64,000 nucleotides of DNA. Source: Octopus sinensis. Taxonomy: Eukaryota. The DNA is taken from the NCBI RefSeq assembly GCF_006345805.1, contig NC_043009.1, forward strand, positions 18,786,001 to 18,850,000, given 5' to 3'. Below are positions 51,648 through 63,399 of the stretch, piece by piece. The position numbers were made by a program, and so were the translations under genes. The stretch's first letter is position 1. Each line of letters starts with the position of its first letter. Below the pieces are notes generated by a model that was not told where the DNA came from, ran no database searches, and was given only the letters and a program-made list of their open reading frames with translations.

Positions 51648-51717
51648 GCGCATTTGTCCTTCATATTGGTGGCTTTCATTGTTCTGTCTATCTCACTGCT
51701 GCATGCAAAGCCACAAT
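51648..51717 (-). CDS. Exon (70 nt, phase 1-2) of unannotated Cys-module protein
   Basis: Acceptor TTCCTCATTTGTCATGCCAG, donor GTAAGT; (D)CGFACSSEIDRTMKATNMKDKC(A); phases fit both neighbouring exons. Confidence 0.72.
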
Positions 51718-53113
51718 CTGGCATGACAAATGAGGAACATATGGATTATATAAAGAGGTAACAAAACTTTCTAATAGAGAAGAAATAATATACACAAAAC
51801 ATAGTAATAAAAGAAGATTTTAAGTGTTTATACACACCTAGGCATACTAGCATTTGCATACAGTAGCAGACAGGTAAGACACATGGGAGATTTCTGTATT
51901 TCAAACCTGCCCAACTAAATTATGCACACTAATGTTATGGCTGTCCATCAAATTCAAGGATGACCATCTACATTAATCATGCTTATTTTGATGACTGCAT
52001 ATCTCAATCCATCTTCTCTCTCAAATATGGATCTTTTGATTACATATCACTTATTAAGCATTAGCAACAGAGAACATCTATGCCACACCTACTGTATGCC
52101 CTTGCAAGTTAAAAACTAAAGAAGCAGTAGTATTTATTGTCACACACATGCAGGAAATCCTAACCACCACAATGGTAACCATCCTGGTCAGCCAAGATTC
52201 ATGATCCACACTGCAAGAGATACCTGCATGGTGAAGCTTTAAAGTAGTGTTGGAAGCATACATTTCCGAATATAACTATCTCTGCCATGAAGGAGATAAA
52301 TTTAGCTGCAAGGGTGACCCAGGACAAATGGTGCCACTTCCAGTTTCAAGAAACTACCAAAAATCCATCATGCCGGAAACTGATTGAAAGCTAAAACTAC
52401 ACTTTGTTTATCTCTGAGTTTACACCCTTTGAATTTCTGAGCTTAACCATAAGAGGACAGCAAGGCAGTGTAGATAAGTTACTGTCCCATAACTACAAAG
52501 TTCTTATTCATTACTCTCTTTGACATATGTCTTCATAAGAACTAAGAGACCGTTATTCACAAAATGATCTTAAAGTGCACTCATTCACTATTTGCATGTG
52601 AATATTTCAGTGACTTCAGGCATCATTGCTAGATACTCACTGACCCTATATTGGTAACATCTGTTTATTTAACAGGCCTTACTTTTTGCCCTTCTGGTTT
52701 TCTAACAATTCTTCTCCCCAGGTTAATCTGGAGGAGGTGCCAGTTTAGTTACCAGCAGATATAGCAACCATAATAAAGGTTGTAATAAATTACTTGTTAC
52801 CAGTAGAACTCAAAGTTACATGGCACACGATCATATACACATGTGTCCTGCTAAACAGACTGCAGAGCCTTCTGGACTTCAACAGCTATATTCAGGCCAC
52901 TCTATAGTACTATATTCATGCCATTCAAGAGTGATATTTTGCTTGCAGTGTCAGTTTCAAGTTCTTTGAATATGTAACACCAGGGCTGATTGGATATTGA
53001 TGGGTAGCTCTAATCACGAAAAGTCAAGTAATTAACTTACACTGTACAACACTACAAAATGTCTAGGAGGAGAATGACTCAAAAATTGTTAAGAACTGCG
53101 TAATATCACTTAC

Positions 53114-53193
53114 CGCAAGGTTTTAAATTCATCTTCTCCTTGCTCACAGTACAGGACTGTTCAGATGCACACTTCAATATTGTTTCATACCCC
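53114..53193 (-). CDS. Exon (80 nt, phase 2-1) of unannotated Cys-module protein
   Basis: Acceptor CTCTATTATAG, donor GTAAGT; GYETILKCASEQSCTVSKEKMNLKPC. Confidence 0.78.
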
Positions 53194-53219
53194 CTATAAT
53201 AGAGTAATAATAATAATAA

Positions 53220-53480
53220 TAATGAGTTGGGACCTATATACACTGGATACCATGCCAACACTGGAATAACAACAGAAAAAAGATGGTATAGGCACACCCC
53301 AGAATAGGCCACAGAAAATGAGAAAGCAACCATACTTTGAGATATGCCAATACACACAGACTAAGAACTCAAGACTAATAGGCCAGATATAGTTGTCAAA
53401 GATCACCAAGGAAAAAAAAATGCTTTTTAACAGATGACAATGTTTCTCTAAAAGAAACAGGAAATCAAAATACTCTATTA
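53220..53480 (+). mobile_element. R4/Dong-like RLE C-terminal fragment next to (TAA)n
   Basis: DMPIHTD...NRPDIVVKDH...DNVSLKE-type motif. Confidence 0.65.
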
Positions 53481-53489
53481 TTATAAATT

Positions 53490-53865
53490 CATCCCACAGG
53501 GGAGGTGGTCTCCAATTTTCCATACATGATCAGCTATACTCAATTTATCAACATCTTCATGTCACAGCTTTCTGATGTTTCTCTACCCTTATTCTGAGGG
53601 GGTGGCATGTTTTGCCTTTGTATAACCAACCGCAGCTGCATGGGATGGATTATATGCAGTCTTTGGTCATATTCCCTTCCATTGGTGCTTTTACCCAAAG
53701 GGGATATTCATGAAGTGTTGTATTACTCTTGAATACTGTCCTGATGTCATATGAGCCACATATCTTTTTTATCTTTTCGGAGAGGCCATTCACATCGGGT
53801 ACACAGACTGTAGATAGTTTATTGCTTTCATCCTCTCTTTTCTTCATAACTGAAGTGGATAGTAC
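53490..53865 (-). mobile_element. Canonical Penelope/Poseidon-type endonuclease fragment
   Basis: VPDVNGLSEKIKKICGSYDIRTVFKSNTTL...IPCSCG...YKGKT. Confidence 0.7.
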
Positions 53866-53879
53866 GTATACATATACAT

Positions 53880-54364
53880 ATCATCATCATCATCATCATC
53901 GTTTAACGTCCGTTCTCCATGCTAGCATGGGTTGGACGGTTCGACCGGGGATCTGGGAAGCCAGAAGGCTGCACCAGGCTCCGGTCTTATCTGGCAATGT
54001 TTCTACAGCTGGATGCCCTTCCTAACGCCAACCACTCCGTGAGTGTAGTGGGTGCCTTTTACGTGCCACCTGCACTGGTGCCAGGCGAGGCTGGCATCGG
54101 CCATGGTTGGATTGGTGCATTTTACGTGCCACCTGCACGGAAGCCAGTCGAGGCGGCACTGGCTTTGGCCACGATTCGGATGGTGCTTTTTACGTGCCAC
54201 CGACATGGAAGCCAGTCGAGGCGGCGCTGGCATCGGCCATGATTCGGATAGTGCTTTTTACGTATCTCCAGTCCAGGGGTCCTGGCATCTGCCGGGTGCC
54301 AGTCATAGCATTGGTTCAATTTCGATTCCGATTTCCTTGCCCCAACAGGTCTTCGCAAGGTGCC
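53880..54364 (-). mobile_element. RTE 3' end (family of 32957 copy), cut by the assembly gap
   Basis: (CAT)n plus TTTAACGTCCG...CCATGCTAGCATGGGTTGGACGG shared with 32957-33100. Confidence 0.88.
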
Positions 54365-54464
54365 NNNNNNNNNNNNNNNNNNNNNNNNNNNNNNNNNNNN
54401 NNNNNNNNNNNNNNNNNNNNNNNNNNNNNNNNNNNNNNNNNNNNNNNNNNNNNNNNNNNNNNNN
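54365..54464. other. Assembly gap (100 N, true size unknown)
   Basis: Run of N. Confidence 1.
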
Positions 54465-54962
54465 AGGATGTTTTTTACACACAACACATAGTACACGGAA
54501 ACATATGCACAATTACATACCGGCTACATGCGAAAGACCAAACATTACGTACTCCCAAAAATTGTTATAGATACTGAATGCTACTTAATAAGCATATAAT
54601 TTAATCTAGCAGCCATAGTAAATGGTATGTGCACAGCTCCATCTGGGCTAATTCACTTTTGCACTCAATTAAATTTTTAATCTTTTAATTTCTCCCATTC
54701 ATGCAAAGCCACATATTCGAGTTCAAGTCCTTGATACATTTTATACTAATTGCTATTTTTTCTTTTAATTGTTATATTACGATTTAATTACTATACTTTA
54801 GTTTTATTTTAATTATCACTTACTATATTTACTATATCTAATTCAATTGTTATTATTACCTCTAACTTTTATTGCTATTTTTATTTCTAAATTTACTTAT
54901 GGAACGTCGAGTGGATCTTATGCATACACTATATTTTTATATGATGTTTATATATTTATATA

Positions 54963-55359
54963 CTAGCAGTATCGCCCGGCGTTGCTCGGGTTTGTAAGGG
55001 AAATAACTATATAAGCATTTTTAGAGATGTAAAGTATAATAGCCATCTCAATATGGCTAACCACAAAGGGGGGGGTGTTACTGTAGCTTTTTACGTTCTG
55101 AGATTTAATAATACATTTTTAGAGAGTTACTTCCCTTATATATGCCAAAAGTGCATTAAAAATGGGAAAAATTGATGGTAAATTTTTTTTTAAATCGTAG
55201 ACTCATCGTAGACGCGCGCTAATACCCAGAAGGGCTCGATATGAATCACGACTATAAGATACCCGGTTTTGGTTAAACTACACCGCAAAATGTGGGAGTA
55301 GTTAGGAATTTAAATCGTAGGAGACAGACAGCACACAACCTCACTTTTATATATAAAGA
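54963..55359 (-). mobile_element. Non-autonomous Helitron (397 bp) nested in an older Helitron-like copy (about 54510-55922)
   Basis: A|TC 5' end at 55359, CCCGAGCAACGCCGGG hairpin, CTAG|T 3' end at 54963-54966. Confidence 0.75.
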
Positions 55360-55599
55360 TTACTATATATTTCTAAACGTCGGGCTTTATATCTGTTCTG
55401 TAGATATAAATGAATATATGAATATATGTATGTATTTGATCTTTCAGTGGATTTTGTAGTGCTCTTGTAGTTGCTGCTCGCATTGCCTCCAATCGGATTA
55501 AAAATTGTATACAGCTCATTTGAGCACTACTATTCCAGTCTGTTATATATTTTGAGCGTTGTTGTCACTAACGATCTCAAGATATAACTTTATATTTTG

Positions 55600-55650
<51 letters not shown>

Positions 55651-55959
55651 CATATACATACAATAGAGAGATGTTTTTGTTTCACTTTTAACACGTAATA
55701 CTGAAATAGTGGAGAAGATATGATATTGCTGGGGGCTCGCCCTAGGCAAGAACTTGAACATTTTTATTGCCCATGAAACTACATGGACTCTAAGTAAGGC
55801 ATGTGTAAAATTTGAATCAAATTGGTTGTGTAGTTCTCAAGTTTTAGGGAAACACGCAGACAGACACACACACACACTCACACACACACACACATACATT
55901 CTCAGTTTTATATAAAGAGAGATTAAAAGCAGTTTTATTGTGATACCGATATGAATATA

Positions 55960-58330
55960 TTTTCAGCCGGGCTATCACCCATCGAGCTTAGAGAAACCAC
56001 AACACTGACAGAAACACAATTTCATGAAAGGTTATACTATGCAGCCAATGCACAGTAGACTTTTTATTGTATATCCAATAAAGCAATGGGTATACAGAGG
56101 GTCAGTAAGCTGAAAGAGAAAATGGTTTCATACATGTACGATATACAGGATTAATTAGCCGTAAGAGCACCCAATAAAAGCAATATTTCATCTGCCTGGC
56201 CAGCTTGTTAGAAATAATTAGTAGCTTCTCTATATGCGACCAAATAACCAATGAGGGAAGATGTCACAAAAACATAGCAAGTTAGAGTAAGGGTGAAATG
56301 GGAAAGGTTCAGTGAACTATTACATCGACAGGAGTTAAAAGTTGTCTTTGAGAAACTCCGACATCAAAAGAGAGACAAACAATAAAGAAAAAGTTTAACC
56401 GGAACCATGCAACAGTGTAGACAGGCATTAAAGCAGAAGCAGTGGACATCATAGGAGCTCCTCCTTCGCGAGAAGACTTAGACACTCTTTCTGGAGGAAA
56501 ATTTGCATCGAAGGGATAGAGTTTAAGCAAGATGTTCTGTTTCTGGAAGAAATTCGAAAACGTTATTGTCCCTGCATTATACCCAAGACATACAGCATTG
56601 ATGGTGATACCCTTATGACTGTAATCTAGAAACTTCAAGATAGAAAAGCACCTGGAAGAGACTTGATTGTTGGATATTGGTACAAGCTAACTTTCTACCG
56701 ACCATATTTTATCAACTTATACCAGTAAACACTCAATGGTAATATTAGCATACCAGATTAGTTAGCTCTGGCAGACACAAACTGATTCCCAAATGCAGAA
56801 CCACCCACATGACAAAAACTACTGGCCAATTGCATGCCAGAACTTAATGTATAAAGTGTAAATAGCATGTTTAAACCTCTTCGACCAAGGCCATTGTGAA
56901 AGTAATAACATCATCACAGCAGAACAAGCAGCTGGGAAGAAGGGAGTCTTGTAAATAAACAAAACTGTAATGTCAGAGGTGCGGAAGCATAGAAGGAACC
57001 TAGTTTCAATATGGCTAGACTGCAATAAAGCCTTTGACTTTGACCCCACTTATGGATGCTAGAAGCCTTTCAACTTGCTAAAGTTCCAGTGAACATAGTC
57101 AAAGCCACAGCTGACATGAATAATCGTGGGTCACCATCTTGAAATTAAACACGAGGAGTGATTATATTATCACTGATAGAATATTCCAAGGGGACAGCCT
57201 CTCTGGGATGTTGTTTACACTTTCTGTAAACCCCATGTCATGAGGCTGATAACATACATAGATTGATAACTTCATAAGACTTGGAAAGTAGTTTCTTGAG
57301 CAGCATTTGCTGTCTGACAACCTTAAATACATATCCAAAGACGTCACACGACTCTACCGCAATTTATCATCAGATGAAAAGATGAGCGTGTATCAGCAGA
57401 AGATCAGGCATGGATATGTTAATAGAACGCTCCGAGATGATAGTAACATTAATCATCAAAGCAGTTTATCATAGATGAATAACCAGGAACAGGAAATATA
57501 ATTCAGGAAAAGATGCAAAATGAAACAACCGATGCAGGCTTTGTGGAGTTAACACTGAAGATATCATCCACATCGTAAGCAGTTGTCCAAAAGTGTCATA
57601 AGACATGATGTTGTATATACAGCATGTTTAAACCTCTTCTTCATGTCATGAAACATGATGTTGTAGCTAGGACACTATATAATGAGATCTGTCGGAAGGA
57701 TAAACGCGAAACCAAAGGAATAAGACCCCGCAATATGGTGAAAGCCATAGCTACTCATAATAAAAATGAGTACTGGTGGAATGTCCCAGTGAAAACATCA
57801 ATAAAATGTAAACATAATAGACCTGACGTAATGGGACAGAGAAGAGAAACTGTGTACCGTTGTGGAAATCAGCTACCCAACGGATGTTAACGTAAAGCTA
57901 AAGATCAGTGAAAAAGAAAATACACTGAACTATTGGAAAAATTGCAGTTACTCTATCGAGATTAAAAGTTCAATTAGATACCTGTAATTATTACGGCACT
58001 GAGATATGCAACACACTGCCTAAATATCAATCTTGAGAAATTAGGCTTCTCAAAACTAGAAAGGAGAAAGCTGATGCGAAAACTATAGATTCAATCCATT
58101 ACTGGAACTATAAAAATCTGTAAAACTTTCTGGAAGTTTATCATTTAAGTATATATGATCATGTACAGATATGCAGGTATATGCATGAAAATGATTACAT
58201 AAAACGAAACAAATCTGTACATATACACACATACATACATACATGTACTTGAAATTCCAATGAAAGAGCCTTGGATCTAGGTTAGAAATCAGATGTTTCT
58301 CTAAGACATCTTGAAATAAAACTGAATAAT
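55960..58330 (+). mobile_element. Long degenerate R4/Dong-like RLE LINE followed by (ATAC)n
   Basis: KAPGRDLIVGYWYK, WLDCNKAFD, IFQGDSLS-like, HDVVARTLYNEI, HNRPD; frameshifted. Confidence 0.8.
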
Positions 58331-58767
58331 CACGTACATACATACATTACATACATACATACATTACATACATAACATACATACATACATTACATACAAA
58401 CATACATACACATTTCATTTGCTAAATGCAGGATTCAGTGAATTTGGTAATTTTACATTGATGAGTCTATAAACGTACAGTATATGTTTTAACTTTTCTA
58501 ACAAAATAAGACATGCATTCTTAATTCACTTATGTTGATGGGGATGTAAAACCAATATAGCTTATCGAATTTGTCCGAGCATGACAATAATTCAAAATAC
58601 GATTCAACTTCATCTCTCAACCAGTCATCCTTGTGAAATTTAATTTTCATCTATTTTCAAGGGTAATTCACACAGAAACACGCACTCACATACACAGACA
58701 CAGACACTCCCTAAACTAATATACATGCGAACAATTTTGTTTCTCAGCATATTTGTAACTTTTCGTA

Positions 58768-59137
58768 TCTTTTTACTTGTTTCAGTCATTAGACTGCAGC
58801 CATGCTGGGGCACCGCCTTGAAGAGTTTTTAGTCGAATGTATTAACACCAGTACTTATGTTTTAAAGCCTGGTACTTATTTTATTGGCATCTTTTGCCGA
58901 ACCGCTAAGTTACAGGACGTAAACATACCAGCACCGGTCGTCAAGCGGTGATAGTGGGACAAACACAGACACAAAGACACGCGCGCCACGCACATGCACA
59001 CACAAACACACTCATATAGTTTGTGTCTACCAAATCGACTCACAAGACTTTGGTTGGCCTGGGGCTATAGAAGAAGACATGTGCCTAAAGTGCCATGCAG
59101 TGGGACTGAACCCGAAACCACACTGCCACGCCTGCGT
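58768..59137 (-). mobile_element. tRNA-derived SINE (family of 13868)
   Basis: Direct homology, including the 3' tail. Confidence 0.85.
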
Positions 59138-59167
59138 ATAAAAATGAATTAATAAAATATTCATAAT

Positions 59168-59245
<78 letters not shown>

Positions 59246-59361
59246 ATACATACGTAAAATTCTTTTCCCTATAGCATGGCGACGGGAAACTAAAATAAAC
59301 GACCCGAAGTATTTTGTTGCTTACAAAGAAATATAAAATTGTTTCTAAAACAAATACTCAC

Positions 59362-59592
59362 ATCCGTTTATTTCGTAGAAGTTCCAGTAATGTATACTTG
59401 GTTTTAAAGTAAAATCAAAATGTGTTACATTGGCTATATCACATTTTCTGTTTGAATGCTTGTATTCAACTGCCTCACAAGCCTTTGTTTCCACACAGCG
59501 ATCCAAACACTCTTTCAGTGAACCACGTGTAGTTGGGTAATAGTCGTAACCGTTGATGCTAGCTCCTAGTATGATGTTCATAGTACCACGTT
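59362..59592 (-). CDS. PAN/Apple-like domain exon 3 (231 nt, phase 1-1)
   Basis: Acceptor TTCCTCAACTGCAG, donor GTGAGT; ...SLKECLDRCVETKACEAVEYKHSNRKCDI...WNFYE. Confidence 0.85.
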
Positions 59593-59848
59593 CTGCAGTT
59601 GAGGAAAACATTAATGAAAAGAATTGCATCGTTGATGGCTAAAATAAACCAAAATATTACTATCGAAGACAAAGGTACTCACACACCAAAGATTCTATCA
59701 GCAATTAAAGGAACAATTAATTTACATTCATTTACCAGTTTAGACAATCATAAATCATTTTATGAATAACAATTTCATTACATCTGTTCTTAACTGAAGA
59801 AACGCTTAACAAATCAGGCGGTTAAGAAATAAAGTTTGATAGATAGAC

Positions 59849-60091
59849 CTTGCTGAAGCTGGTAAAAATCTCGGTTTCGGGTAGGACGCACAATTTTCAC
59901 TTTGGAGGCGTCGTCAGATAAAAGTATGCAGGTCGGACCATTTTTGGTATCATGTTCAAACGCGATACAATTCTTAGTTAACAAGCAAGTTGTGGCACAT
60001 GTTTCTACATCATATTCTTTTATGTATTTGAATCTGTTGCCATCTCTAAGATAAGCATCTGGTACTCTCAAGAACATCCTTATGCTGGGCA
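59849..60091 (-). CDS. PAN/Apple-like domain exon 2 (243 nt, phase 1-1)
   Basis: Acceptor TTTTCTTTTCACAG, GT donor (weak, GTCTAT); ...DVETCATTCLLTKNCIAFEH...TCILL...RDFYQ. Confidence 0.8.
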
Positions 60092-60539
60092 CTGTGAAAA
60101 GAAAACACCACAAATTTAGTATTACTCGCTTCAGGAAATATAAATATAAAACTAATTTGAATGCATACATATTTCTATCTCTAAGTAGAGGTAAAAAAAC
60201 TGATACTAGTTACTTAATGAAGCATTAGATTAATACAAGAGAATAAAGGTAATTTTAATGTGTGTTTCTCAAGAAAAGTGAAATCGTTGAAACGAGAATC
60301 GAAACTGGGTAAGGATTTAACTTGTTGCGAGTTTACTCATTGCACCCTCTCTCTATACTTTATATATAAATTTTATAAAGTTTTCACGATGTACCATCCA
60401 GTTTTAAGGAGTTGGTACTGTAAGTATATGGACATAGTACCGTTTTCTCGATTAAAATGTGAGTTCGTATATGGTCGGTGTGCTACTGATAAAATATTGC
60501 GTTTCAGTTATTTAAGTTAGAGGGAAAAATTTGACTTAA

Positions 60540-62300
60540 CGGAAGATCAAGTCAAGAAGAAATTTATGCTCTCCAAAGTAGATTCTACTCTTGACACAAT
60601 AAGGGCAGCCGTGGCAAAAGCTCCAGCAGAATCTGCTCTAAGATAACCATGGACTTCGTACAAGATATACAAAGAAAAACTGTCTCGGACGATATGAAAG
60701 GAGAAACAGGAAACCTGTCTCCGGGAAGTTTCTTTTTTCTGGAAGAACAAACTCAACAGGATTCCACAAGATTCACCAGTTCTCCCAATTAAATGACGAA
60801 AGGTAAACTTCTGGTCTGTCATTGCCAAATGATCAACACCATATCTGTTCGCTAATGAGCATGTTGACAAAAGTTTATAAATGCGAGGTTCCAAGATACT
60901 TTGGATGTCTTGAGCATATATCAGCAATCACCCAGACCATCAGAGAAGCAAAAAAGAGCTACAGCATACTCTCAGTAGTATGATTAGATCTGACCAAAGC
61001 CTACCCAAGTATGATCCACCAATTAATTCAGAGACCATTGAAGTAGGCAAGCTGATGCCTTGGAAAGAGTTACAACAGCAACGTCAAAGACACCATGACT
61101 CAACTAAACAATTGACTTAGAGCAGCCGATGATAACCAGCTACTCCGACGTTTTAAGGAATAGTTTTTCCAGTAAGGCATCATACTCAGACTGCAAGGCT
61201 TATTCCTGCTACATCGTCATACAAAGGGAAACAATGGAAATATTGTACAATGAATTTGTGCAGAGTTGGCTAAGTTCCAGTTCGGTCTGCTTGTATGACA
61301 AAACCTCAACTGATAGAGGAATAATTCAAGCTACACGTAACGTAAGAGGAATTAGTTCATTTCCACAGTCTGAGGATGAGAAAGTCAGATACGTCAATAG
61401 ATCATAAAGAGTGGAAGTGAGAGCCCCTGGAAGTTGTGAAGGAAGTTGAAACATATGGAAGCAGCAAGAGATTTGGGTAGGCAGTCAAGAAGTGTAGGAC
61501 TTAGCAAATGCAGCATCAAGAGGTGGAGCAGTGGAAATAGCTGATACAATTGAAGGCCCATAGTACAGTGTGTCTTGAGGCATCAGAATAAGATCGTCAT
61601 GAGAAAAAATTAGGGATTGTCTGTTAGGGGCAGGGAATGCAAGGAGACCAAGCACTCAAGCGACTGTTTCGGAGAAAATACTGAAGAACACTCAGCAGGA
61701 AAAGTTGTCCTTGCTGCTGTGCGCTGTAGCCGACGTCTTGCAAGCCTCAAATAACGTTAAAATCCGGAATAATGCGGACACATTCTGAAAGCTGTGTGAG
61801 AAAACTCTTTACACTATGAACCACATTTTGAGTGAATGTCCAAGATCACTGGCTGATACAAGTGAAGGAACAATAATGTATTTCCAGAAGTTGCCAAGAG
61901 GATAGACCAGAGAGCAACAGGGATTAACAAAAAAAGAATCAGCTTCCAAAGAGAACACGATACGTCTTCTTAATCAAAGTAGCTGTGGGTGACCCATTTT
62001 CTATTTTGTATCAAACCTCTGACTGAAGATCTGAAAGGAAAACTCATCCTTTCTGAAACAGAAAAACAGACAATAACATCGTCCCAACCATATATGTTCT
62101 TTCTATTTAGTACAAAAACGATCATCGTGGTCAAACTCAATATTTTAAGAGGACAAGCTGGATATTTCACACTAACTGAAGAAAGCCATATATCCGGATT
62201 TGATTAAGGAGTCAAAAGATGGCGTGGAGTTTAATCCCTATTGATATCGACTGCTGTAGTTGACAAGAGACCGCAGATGAAGCCCTTCCGCGGATGAAAG
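60540..62300 (+). mobile_element. Degenerate RLE LINE (HERO/NeSL-like)
   Basis: Remnants resembling LNxEGKxFxSxxAK, MNHILSEC and IPIDIDC; heavily broken. Confidence 0.5.
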
Positions 62301-62876
62301 TTGATTCAGTACACGCTGCTCACTAAGGTGAGGGTTAGGGGCATAACTAAGGGATATAGCGCTTGTGATCCAGAGATGCCTGTTAAAGATGAGGTCTTTC
62401 CAACACTGCGATTGCTTTTGTCACAATCAAGAGAATGATCGTGCGACATCATTAAGTAGCTTCCGCGGTCTCTGCTTAGGGCAAGGTTCAGTCTGGTTTG
62501 CATTTGCATTTGATAATTGATGAATAACTGAATATTACATTTTAATATCATTTTAAAGGAGTGCAATTAATAACAGAAGCTTTAAACTCTCAAAACTTGC
62601 CTTACACGCAATATCTCCTTTCAGGTCAAAAACACAAGTCTTAGTAATATAGCTGATCGATTAAAACGACCAAACCACTTTCCGACAAATTTGTGAAATT
62701 ATAGCTATGTAAAAACATCAATATTTTACAGAAAAGCAGTGAAGCTTGCACTCAATGTAAAAATTAAAAGCACTGACATTTATTTTTGTCAACTTACTCC
62801 ATTTTAGGCACATAAAATATTGTTAATAAATATGCAACCCACTTCAAGGTTTATTATTTTTGAGTGTAGTACTCAC

Positions 62877-63110
62877 CATCATTCAAACTGTAATAATCCC
62901 ATCTATGAATACTGGCTGTGAGACTTTTGTCTTTATGATTTAAATCGGTCAAATCACATCGTCTTTGTTCAACTTTATATTCAAACATTTTGCAGTTTTT
63001 CAATTGTTTGCAGTGTGCAGCACATCTATCGGCACTTATATCATCAAGTTTATCGAGATGGTCATATTTGTCGATAGTGGCTCCTTTTACAACAACCATT
63101 TTACCTTTAT
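62877..63110 (-). CDS. PAN/Apple-like domain exon 1 in window (234 nt, phase 1-1)
   Basis: Acceptor TATCTTCTAG, donor GTGAGT; ...SADRCAAHCKQLKNCKMFEYKVEQRRCDL...WDYYS. Confidence 0.87.
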
Positions 63111-63269
63111 CTAGAAGATATTAAAGTAAATTTGATTACATACAATACTGAAACTTTAAAAGAATTTCGAAACGATTCATCGTTTTCATTTTCATATGTT
63201 CCTTGAAAGAAATATTTCCACATCTTTGTCTGCTTTTATGTATTAACTTCAGACACACACACACACACA

Positions 63270-63325
<56 letters not shown>

Positions 63326-63399
63326 CACTTAAGAGAATACACTTGTATGAATATATCAGGATGAGTAAAAAGTAAGCAACGTTTTGAAACATGAAATTC

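Noticed and set aside
51632-51760. Plus-strand signal-peptide-like frame (FILVAFIVLSISLLHAKP...)
   Set aside because: It has no in-frame start or acceptor and is the antisense of the better-supported minus-strand exon.
53040-53062. 22-nt candidate micro-exon with good splice signals
   Set aside because: It would need a 51-nt intron and introduces a stop after three codons.
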